This document shows, piece after piece, positions 56,869 to 64,000 of a DNA stretch of 64,000 nucleotides. Both the position numbers and the translations under genes were made by a program. The notes under the pieces are model-generated. The model worked only from the letters and a program-made list of their open reading frames with translations. It searched no databases and was not told the origin of the DNA. Source of the stretch: Corallococcus exiguus (GTDB lineage Bacteria > Myxococcota > Myxococcia > Myxococcales > Myxococcaceae); contig NZ_JAAAPK010000002.1 in assembly GCF_009909105.1 (NCBI RefSeq), positions 157,827 through 221,826 of the forward strand, given 5' to 3'. Each line of letters opens with the position of its first letter. Within the stretch, counting starts at the first letter, position 1.

Positions 56869-58328
56869 AGACGAACCACAGCATCGACATCAGCAGCCAG
56901 TTGAAGGGGATGGGGACGACGGGGATGAACGGCTTTCGCACCAAGCGCATGTTCCTGGCGGGGGCCTTCGCCTTCGCCTTCACCACGGCCTGCGCCACGG
57001 GCCCCAGGCCCACGCCCGTCGCGATGAACGCGGTGGAGAAGCCCGCCGTCACGGTCCCCGCCGCCGCGCCCCCTCCCGCTCCGGCGGACAAGGGCGACGC
57101 GGACGGCCAGTTCGCGCAGGCCCTGAAGGCCTACGAGGCCGGGGACCTGGACGCCGCTCGCAAGGGCTTCGAGGCCGTCGTCTCCCACGAGCCCAAGGCG
57201 CTCAACGCGCGCTTCAACCTGGGCGTCATCGCGGAGAAGCAGGGCCGCCCCGCCGACGCCCGCGTGGCGTACGAGCAGGTGCTCGCCCTGAACCCGGCGC
57301 ACACGCCGTCCGTGATGAACCTGGGGCTGATGCACCGGCACGCGGGCCAGCTGGACGAGGCCCTGTCGCTGTACATGAAGGCGCTCCAGACGCCGGGCCA
57401 TGAACACGATGAGCCCGTGCTCAACGCGCTGGCCGCGACGTACCGGCTGGCGGGCAAGCTGGACGAGGCGGAGGCCACCGGCCGGCGCGTGCTCGCGCGC
57501 AGCAAGGACAACCCGGAGGCGTACAAGACGCTGGCGCTGGTGGCGTACGACCGGGGCCAGTACCGGCTGGCGGAGCTGCTGGTCATCAACGCGCGCAAGG
57601 TGGCGCAGGACGACCCGGCCATCTCCAACACGCTGGGGATGATCTACCTGAAGATGGACGACCGCCCGCGCGCCCTGGCCCAGTTCCAGAAGGCCGTGTC
57701 GCTGGATGACACCTTCGCGCCCGGCCACCTCAACCTGGGCGCCCTGGCGCTGAGCTACCGCGACTACGTGGGCGCGGAGAAGGCCTTCACCAAGGCCCTG
57801 TCCCTGGAGCCGGACGGCCTGGAGGGCCAGCTGTACCTGGCGTACGCGCTGGACGGGCAGAAGGGCCTGGATCCGAAGAAGGGCGTCGCCGCGGGCGAGG
57901 CGTTCGAGAAGGTGCTCGCGCGCTCCGCGGACAAGCCGGAGGCGGTGTGCGGCGCGGGCTGGGCGTACGCGACCGAGCGCGGGGCCTTCGAGAAGGCCAT
58001 CGCATTCCTGGACCGCTGCAAGGAGCTGTCGTCCACGACGGATCAGGACAAGCAGCTCATCACCGCCAAGGTCAACGGCCTGCAGAACATGCTCAAGAAC
58101 CCGCCGCCCGCGCCGGCTCCGGCCGCCACCGCGGAGGCCGAGGGCGAGGGCGAGGAGAAGAAGGACGCCGCCGCTAGCGGGGGCGCGGGCTCGTCCGTGA
58201 TGAACCAGCTGCCCCAGGACACCAGCGCTCCCGAGCAGGAGGCTCCGGCGGAAGAGCCGGCTGCCCCCGCGTCCGACGATGCGTCCGGCAATGGACAGAC
58301 GGCCCCGACGCCTGCTCCGACGCCCTGA
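56865..58328 (+). CDS. nfsE: TPR-repeat lipoprotein, NfsE/GltE(AglT)-like
   Basis: A GTG start overlaps the upstream stop (GTGA). AFAFAFTTAC has a lipobox. Several TPR repeats follow. The tail is Ala/Pro/Glu-rich. Confidence 0.55.
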   Translation: MKTNHSIDISSQLKGMGTTGMNGFRTKRMFLAGAFAFAFTTACATGPRPTPVAMNAVEKPAVTVPAAAPPPAPADKGDADGQFAQALKAYEAGDLDAARKGFEAVVSHEPKALNARFNLGVIAEKQGRPADARVAYEQVLALNPAHTPSVMNLGLMHRHAGQLDEALSLYMKALQTPGHEHDEPVLNALAATYRLAGKLDEAEATGRRVLARSKDNPEAYKTLALVAYDRGQYRLAELLVINARKVAQDDPAISNTLGMIYLKMDDRPRALAQFQKAVSLDDTFAPGHLNLGALALSYRDYVGAEKAFTKALSLEPDGLEGQLYLAYALDGQKGLDPKKGVAAGEAFEKVLARSADKPEAVCGAGWAYATERGAFEKAIAFLDRCKELSSTTDQDKQLITAKVNGLQNMLKNPPPAPAPAATAEAEGEGEEKKDAAASGGAGSSVMNQLPQDTSAPEQEAPAEEPAAPASDDASGNGQTAPTPAPTP

Positions 58329-58487
58329 AGAAACAACAGTCGTCCCGGCGGGAGGGATGAGAACTTTCTTCCCGCCTTTAGCCGCCCAGGTGCAAGCGAC
58401 CGGGCGGCTCCCTTAGAATCCAGGGACTTGGAGTTGGTGCGAGCCCTGCAATGGAATTCGCGAAGCGGGCCTCGGCGGAGACATCAC

Positions 58488-58772
58488 ATGAAACGACTGC
58501 TGGCAGCGATGGTGATGGTGGGGGGGCTGGGGGTGGCGGCTCCCGCCCTGGCGCAGGACAGCAAGGACTCGGTGAAGATCATCCAGGAGGAGGATCGCAC
58601 CGTGTACCGCAAGAAGACGGTGATTGATTTCACGGATGTGGCGGTGGAGGGCGAGCTCACCAAGCCGGAGGGCTCCTACGTCCTCAACCGCAAGAAGACG
58701 GATTTCCAAAGCCTCATCAAGGTCCGGGAGAACTTCGACCCGGAGCTTCAGAAGTCGGCGGACAATCTCTAG
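58488..58772 (+). CDS. nfsF: Small secreted protein (94 aa), NfsF/GltF-like
   Basis: Signal peptide MKRLLAAMVMVGGLGVAAPALAQ. Confidence 0.5.
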   Translation: MKRLLAAMVMVGGLGVAAPALAQDSKDSVKIIQEEDRTVYRKKTVIDFTDVAVEGELTKPEGSYVLNRKKTDFQSLIKVRENFDPELQKSADNL

Positions 58773-58828
58773 ACGACACAGGTGGCGTTGAACGTTTTCG
58801 GGACGGGAAGGGAAGAAGGAAGAACTTC

Positions 58829-60892
58829 ATGGCGGCGGCGAGAAAAAACGGTTTGACGCTTCGGATCACCACCCCGGACGGCTCCATCCAGGAGACGGTT
58901 TCGGAGGCGGAGAGTGTCATCGTGGGGTCGGGCGCCCAGGCGGCGGTGAAGATTCAGGATCCGCGCGTGTCCAACCTCCACGTGATGCTGAAGGTGGACA
59001 ACGATGGCTCCGTGACGGCCATCGACCTGGGCAGTGAAGGCGGCACCCAGGTGTCCGGGCAGAAGCTCATCATCCCCACGGCGCTCAAGCCCGGGGACGT
59101 GCTCACGGTGGGCACATCAAAGGTGGAGGTGCTCTTCGGTGAGGTGCCCCGGCCGGTGGCTCCGGCGGCGGCGGTGGCGCAGCCCGGCGTGTTCCAGCAG
59201 CGCCCGGTGATGCCCCCGGCGGCTCCGGCGGCGCCTCCGGTGGCCCACTCGGCTCCGGTGCCTCCCAACATGCGGCAGGCTCCGCCTCAGCGGCCCGCGA
59301 TGAACGCGGCGCCCACGAACGTGGTGGGCACGGTGAGCACGCCGCGCTCCGCTCCGGCGGGCGCGCTGGGCACGCAGGTGTCCCAGAACGTGACGTCCAC
59401 CCCGGTGTTCGGCCCTCCGCCGCCTCCGGTGGCGGCGCGCAAGGCCACGCCTCCCCAGGTGGCCGCGGCCCGCAAGCCGCAGCCTCCGCCGCACCTGCAG
59501 GAGCCGCTGCCCCGGGACGCGCAGCCCACGCCGGACGCGAAGGTGCTCCAGGTGTCCATGCTCTGGGGCGACCAGATGCTGGAGGTCCAGCACTTCAAGG
59601 ACGGCGCGCCGGTCACCATTGGCGAGGGCGCGAAGAACACCTTCACCGTCTTCTCTCCGCAGGTGGGCAAGCGCCACGTGCTCGCGGTGAGCAAGGGCGA
59701 CAAGCTGGAGCTGCGCGCTCCGGCGGGCTCTGGCGTCTTCGTCACCAACAACGGCGATGTCCGCACGAAGGACGCGCTACGCGCCGCGGGCCAGCTCAAC
59801 AACGCCGCGTCGGAGCAGGAGCAGCTCTTCACCCTGGGCCTGCATGACCGTGCGGAGGTGTCGCTGGGCACGGTGGCGTTCGTGATGCGCTACGTGAAGC
59901 CGTCGCCGGCCATCCTGGCGACGTCGCTTTCGGACCGCGACTTCGGCTTCTTCAAGATCGCCGCCATCTGCATCCTCGCGGCGGCGGCGTTCGTCACCGC
60001 CATGCTGCTGACGCCGCACACGGAGACGAAGTCCGCGGACGACGTCTTCGAGTCCCAGCAGCGCGTGGCCAAGTTCCTCATCACCCCGGAGAAGAAGGTG
60101 GAGGCGAAGAAGCTCCAGCTCTCCGGCGTGGAGGAGGGGGCCAAGGCCAAGGACGAAGAGGGCAAGTTCGGCAAGGAGGAGGCGAAGCAGGAAGAGGCCG
60201 CGCCCTCCAAGCCGGGCACCCAGGTGGTGGACAAGTCCAAGAAGGAGAAGGACCGCCAGGTGGTGGGCAAGGTGGGCCTCCTCGGCGCGCTCAAGGGCAT
60301 GAAGGGTGGCGCTTCCGACGTGTTCGGTCCGGGCGGCATCGGCACGGGCATCAACAACTCGCTGGGCGGCCTCAAGGGCGGCGCGGCCATGGGTGACGCG
60401 CACGGCGTGGGCGGCATGGGTTCGCGCGGCACGGGCAACGGCGGTGGCGGTACGGCGCTGGGCATCGGCGGCCTGGGCACCCAGGGCAATGGCCGGGGCA
60501 CGGGCGGATCCGGCGGCATCGACCTGGGCGGCCGTGGCAAGTCCGTCACCAAGGTCATCCCCGGCAAGACGACGGTGATTGGCGGCCTGGACAAGGACGT
60601 CATCGCCAAGGTCATCCGGCGGCACCAGAATGAGATCAAGTACTGCTACGAGTCGGAGCTGAACAAGAACCCGTCGCTGGCCGGCAAGGTCGCGGTGGCC
60701 TTCACCATCGACCCGGCGGGCGCGGTGGCGGACGCCAGCGTGTCCGAGTCCACGCTGGGCAGCTCTCCCGCGGAGCAGTGCATGATCTCCCGCATCCGCC
60801 GCTGGAAGTTCCCGGAGCCCAAGGGCGGCGGCGTGGTGAACGTGACGTACCCCTGGCTGTTCTCGCCCTCGGGTGCGGACGCCGCTGAGTAG
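58829..60892 (+). CDS. nfsG: FHA domain / single TM / Gly-rich / TonB-C-like protein, NfsG/GltG(PglI)-like
   Basis: An N-terminal FHA domain is present (VIVGSGAQAAVKIQDPRVSNLHVMLKVDNDGSVTAIDLGSEGGTQVSGQKL). A TM helix FFKIAAICILAAAAFVTAMLL is present. Gly-rich repeats follow. The C-terminus is TonB_C-like (VAFTIDPAGAV…ISRIRRWKFPEP). Confidence 0.65.
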   Translation: MAAARKNGLTLRITTPDGSIQETVSEAESVIVGSGAQAAVKIQDPRVSNLHVMLKVDNDGSVTAIDLGSEGGTQVSGQKLIIPTALKPGDVLTVGTSKVEVLFGEVPRPVAPAAAVAQPGVFQQRPVMPPAAPAAPPVAHSAPVPPNMRQAPPQRPAMNAAPTNVVGTVSTPRSAPAGALGTQVSQNVTSTPVFGPPPPPVAARKATPPQVAAARKPQPPPHLQEPLPRDAQPTPDAKVLQVSMLWGDQMLEVQHFKDGAPVTIGEGAKNTFTVFSPQVGKRHVLAVSKGDKLELRAPAGSGVFVTNNGDVRTKDALRAAGQLNNAASEQEQLFTLGLHDRAEVSLGTVAFVMRYVKPSPAILATSLSDRDFGFFKIAAICILAAAAFVTAMLLTPHTETKSADDVFESQQRVAKFLITPEKKVEAKKLQLSGVEEGAKAKDEEGKFGKEEAKQEEAAPSKPGTQVVDKSKKEKDRQVVGKVGLLGALKGMKGGASDVFGPGGIGTGINNSLGGLKGGAAMGDAHGVGGMGSRGTGNGGGGTALGIGGLGTQGNGRGTGGSGGIDLGGRGKSVTKVIPGKTTVIGGLDKDVIAKVIRRHQNEIKYCYESELNKNPSLAGKVAVAFTIDPAGAVADASVSESTLGSSPAEQCMISRIRRWKFPEPKGGGVVNVTYPWLFSPSGADAAE

Positions 60893-61041
60893 TCCGGGGC
60901 GCACTTCGTAGACTGGAAGACCGAAATGGCGTGGACGAAACGGTCCACGCCATTTTCGTTTTTCCCCGCTGCCGTTTCGTGCCGGGCGTCACTACTGTCC
61001 GTGCCACTGCTGCCAGGCGTGCGAGGGAGCAGGAGGACAAC

Positions 61042-61656
61042 GTGACGGGAGGAGTCGTGAGGAAGTCGCTGCTGTTGGCCGCGCTCGCGCTGGCGACGCC
61101 GGCCCTGGGGGCCACGCCGCCGGAGGGCGTACCGTTCGAGCCGCGCCGGGGGTTCTTCACCGAGACCGACGTCGGGGTGTTCTTCACGGTGGGCGGCGAG
61201 AACAGCTACTCCAACGCGCAGTCGTACGTGCAGTTGGGCATTGGCTATGACTTGACGGAGCGGCTGTCGCTGGGCGCCCACTTCGCGCTGGGCTCCTCCG
61301 CGCAGAACTGCTTCGCGGGCTACCTGCCGGACTCCAACGTCTGCGCCCTGTCCGACAACTTCACCGTGGCCTTCGGCGACCTGACGGCCGCGTACCACGT
61401 GCGGCTGGCCAACCGCTTCTACCTGACGCCCAAGGTGGCGGCGGGCTACACGCGGTTGGATCCCACGCCGGTGGATCCGGACCAGGGCGACCCGGGCCGC
61501 TCCATCAACGCCTTCAACGCGGGCCTGGGCGTGGGCGTGGAGTACGCCACGTCCTTCGACCACTTCTCCGTGGGCGCGGATCTGCTCGGGCGCTACATCT
61601 TCGGGCCCAACATCATGACGTTCGCGGTGTTCCCGCGCGTGAAGTACACGTTCTAG
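61042..61656 (+). CDS. nfsH: Small outer-membrane beta-barrel-like protein, NfsH/GltH-like
   Basis: AGGAGG lies 6 nt before GTG 61042, which is internal to track ORF 60931..61656. Signal peptide RKSLLLAALALATPALGA. Amphipathic β-strand patterning is present. The C-terminus is …VKYTF. Confidence 0.5.
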   Translation: MTGGVVRKSLLLAALALATPALGATPPEGVPFEPRRGFFTETDVGVFFTVGGENSYSNAQSYVQLGIGYDLTERLSLGAHFALGSSAQNCFAGYLPDSNVCALSDNFTVAFGDLTAAYHVRLANRFYLTPKVAAGYTRLDPTPVDPDQGDPGRSINAFNAGLGVGVEYATSFDHFSVGADLLGRYIFGPNIMTFAVFPRVKYTF

Positions 61657-62468
61657 CGCGCCACCTGCCGGGCGTATCCGGCGGGTGTGCAGCCCACGAT
61701 GCGCCGGAAGTCGCGGATGAAGTGCGCCTGATCGAAGTAGCCCAGTTCCAGCGCCAGCCGAGCCAGCTCCGGAGGTGGCGTTTCGCGCAGCCGCTCCGCG
61801 GCTTCATGCAGGCGGTAGCGCTGGATGACCCACTTGGGATTCACGCCCACGTAGCGGTTGAACAGCCGCTGCAGCGTGCGCAGGCCCGGGCCTCCGGGCG
61901 TGAGCAGGTCCTCCACCTTCGTCACCGCGCGGTCCTCCAGGATGCGCGTGACGAGCCCCTGCACGAGCGCCACGTTCGGATCCGGCGCGGGCATGCGGGC
62001 CCGCAGGAAGGCCTCCGCCAGGGCGATGCGTTCGCGGTCCGCGTCTCGCGCGACGTCGGTGGTGAGGATGGCCGCCTCCAGCTCCAGCGCCTCCGGGCCC
62101 AGCAACGCACCGGGTGAAGCGGTTCGTCGCGTGAGGGCGGACACGGGCGTCCCCACGAAGGGGAAGAAGCCACCGGGCCGGAACTTGATGCTGAACACGC
62201 CGCCCAGCCCCTCCAGCGTGATGGAGAAGCGGCCCGGGTGCGGGCCACCCACGCGCGACGTGCCGTCCTGGAAGGCCCAGTGCACGGAGGGGTGGCTGAG
62301 GCTCTGCTGGAGGTAGGGCGGCTGTCCGCGCAGGTCCCATCGCACGGCCCAGAAGTGTTCGACCCACGGGCGCAGGTCCTCCGCGGGCAGGACGCGGACG
62401 TGCTCGAAGTGCCGGGGATCCGGGCGGGGATACAGCAGGCCCCGAGGCTTGCCCGCGTTCGACTCCAC
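61653..62468 (-). CDS. AraC-family transcriptional regulator
   Basis: The C-terminal double HTH is …LQRLFNRYVGVNPKWVIQRYRLHEAAERL…ELGYFDQAHFIRDFRRIVGCTPAGY. Its stop overlaps the nfsH-like stop. Confidence 0.85.
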   Translation of the reverse strand: MESNAGKPRGLLYPRPDPRHFEHVRVLPAEDLRPWVEHFWAVRWDLRGQPPYLQQSLSHPSVHWAFQDGTSRVGGPHPGRFSITLEGLGGVFSIKFRPGGFFPFVGTPVSALTRRTASPGALLGPEALELEAAILTTDVARDADRERIALAEAFLRARMPAPDPNVALVQGLVTRILEDRAVTKVEDLLTPGGPGLRTLQRLFNRYVGVNPKWVIQRYRLHEAAERLRETPPPELARLALELGYFDQAHFIRDFRRIVGCTPAGYARQVAR

Positions 62469-62627
62469 CCGCCTTGCCGCCTCCTTCAGGACGTCCGTGT
62501 CCTGGCGCGCTTCTACTACCGCTTCGACTGACGCCGGACAGGTGCCCCGGCCCGGCGGGCGGATTCAGCTCCGTCGCTCGTGTGCTCACCCTGAAAGTCA
62601 CCCTCGCGGTTCTTTCCAGGTAATCAC

Positions 62628-63434
62628 ATGACCCCCGTTCTCCGTTCCCATGCGCGTGTGTGGGTGCTGGTGCTGTCGTTGCTGTCCGTCCCCGCGCTCG
62701 CGCAGGGCATCCCGAACCTGCCGTCCGCGGAGGAGTGCTGGGGCCAGTCGCCGGACGCGGACCACGACGGCGTGAGCGACAGCTGCGAGCTCCAGGTGGC
62801 CGCGGCCTTCATGCCCACGCTGTGGATTGCCCAGGGGGAGAAGGGCGTGGCGCGCCGGCCGTACTTCGCGGCGCGGCCGTTGAACTCCGCCCTGCGCACG
62901 CTGCGCATCTTCTACCTGGCCGCGTACTCCGAGGACCACGGCATCCCCAGCCTGGGCATCTTCAACGTCTTCGCCCACGACGGGGACTCCGAGTTCCAGG
63001 TGCTGGACGTGCACTACGCCGACGGCCGCTGGTACCTGGACCAGGCCTTCCTGTCCGCGCACCTGGAGACGGCGTGCGACGCGTCGGGCTGGTACGGCTA
63101 CGCGCAGCTCGAGTACGCGGGGGCGTACCGGGGCGCGCCGCGCATCTACGTGGCTGGGAACAAGCACGGCTCCTACAACTCGAAGGCCACTTGCGACCGG
63201 GGCTGCTACTTCACCGACAGCTGCTCCCAGGGCCGGCAGGAGTTGTTGGATCCCGGCAACCGGCTCGCGGGCCGCAACGTGGGCTCCATCAGCCTCCCGT
63301 TGATCAACGCCGTCACCGTCAATGGACAGACGGAGCGGCTTTGGGACGACGTGGAGTTCAAGGGCTGGGACGACCAGGGGAACCGGAGCAACTCCACGCC
63401 GTACCGCGCGCGGCTCGTCCGCTTCGGCTTCTGA
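62628..63434 (+). CDS. Hypothetical secreted protein
   Basis: Signal peptide MTPVLRSHARVWVLVLSLLSVPALAQG. No motif is recognised. Confidence 0.5.
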   Translation: MTPVLRSHARVWVLVLSLLSVPALAQGIPNLPSAEECWGQSPDADHDGVSDSCELQVAAAFMPTLWIAQGEKGVARRPYFAARPLNSALRTLRIFYLAAYSEDHGIPSLGIFNVFAHDGDSEFQVLDVHYADGRWYLDQAFLSAHLETACDASGWYGYAQLEYAGAYRGAPRIYVAGNKHGSYNSKATCDRGCYFTDSCSQGRQELLDPGNRLAGRNVGSISLPLINAVTVNGQTERLWDDVEFKGWDDQGNRSNSTPYRARLVRFGF

Positions 63435-63513
63435 CGCCGGAACGAAGAAGGGGCCGCCACCCGCGTGTGCGCAGGTGACGGCCCCTGGAAGCTTCAGGCG
63501 CTCAGCGGAAAGA

Positions 63514-64000
63514 CTACTCCCCGTCGGCGCGCTCTTCGCGCTTGCGCTCGCGCTCGGCGCGGTAGCGCTCGCCCACGGCCAGCGCCTTCTTGCGCATGCG
63601 GATGGACTTGGGCGTCACCTCGACGAGCTCGTCGTCGGCAATCCACTCCAGGGCCTTCTCCAGCCCCATCTCGCGCGGCGGGACGAGGATGACGTTCTCG
63701 TCGCGGCCGGCGGCGCGGATGTTGGTGAGCTTCTTCTCGCGGCAGCAGTTGACGTTGAGCTCGGACGGGTGCGCGTTCTCGCCGATGATCATCCCCTCGT
63801 ACACGGTGGTGCCCGCGCCGATGAAGAGCTGGCCGCGCTCCTGGATGCTGAACAGTGCGTACGGCACCGTGTCGCCCAGGCGGTCGGAGACCATGGCGCC
63901 GTTGGCGCGCTTCGGGATGTAGCCGAACCACGGCTCGAAGCCGTCGAACTGGCTGCTCATGATGCCCTCACCGCGCGTGATGGTGAGGAACTCCGAGCGG
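63514..64000 (-). CDS. typA: Translational GTPase TypA/BipA, C-terminal part (gene continues beyond window end)
   Basis: …FIGAGTTVYEGMIIGE…NIRAAGRDENVILVPP…DELVEVTPKSIRMRKK matches the BipA C-terminal domain. The frame is open to position 64000. Confidence 0.85.
   Translation of the reverse strand, partial: RSEFLTITRGEGIMSSQFDGFEPWFGYIPKRANGAMVSDRLGDTVPYALFSIQERGQLFIGAGTTVYEGMIIGENAHPSELNVNCCREKKLTNIRAAGRDENVILVPPREMGLEKALEWIADDELVEVTPKSIRMRKKALAVGERYRAERERKREERADGE

Overview
The window is high-GC (about 68-70%) myxobacterial-type chromosome, resembling Myxococcus or Corallococcus. It is dominated by recognisable core and envelope genes. These include two eukaryotic-like Ser/Thr kinases, an ABC-F ATPase, a GAF sensor histidine kinase, Slt-type and MltE-type lytic transglycosylases, an OPT transporter, an RpoH-family sigma factor, a MoxR/DUF58/transglutaminase triad, HupE/UreJ, ribosomal protein L3, SelA, a RluD-type pseudouridine synthase, a ParA/MinD-like ATPase and partial TypA/BipA. 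It also contains a complete, contiguous eight-gene Glt/Nfs-type envelope motor cluster whose nfsA-H-like arrangement I favour over glt. Scattered in this backbone are small patches of lower GC (about 55-60%) that look horizontally acquired and are the most interesting. The first is an orphan TIR-domain protein with the catalytic-Glu motif intact, sitting beside an IS30 transposase remnant between a glyoxalase gene and selA. The second is a single-HKD PLD-like nuclease and an unknown partner between the ABC-F gene and a GspC-like gene. Other notable items follow. A leader-plus-Cys-rich-core micro-ORF lies next to a DoxX-like membrane protein at the window start. A 1143-aa lipoprotein combines a Kelch propeller, Myxococcus-type Cys repeats and eight thrombospondin-type-1-like repeats. 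A tRNA 3'-half fragment lies immediately downstream of a kinase gene. A 494-aa secreted protein carries the NLP/NPP1 toxin core motif. A conserved lmo0937-family micro-gene is missed by the ORF track. Many long ORFs on the opposite strand of real genes are GC-driven shadow frames and were rejected.
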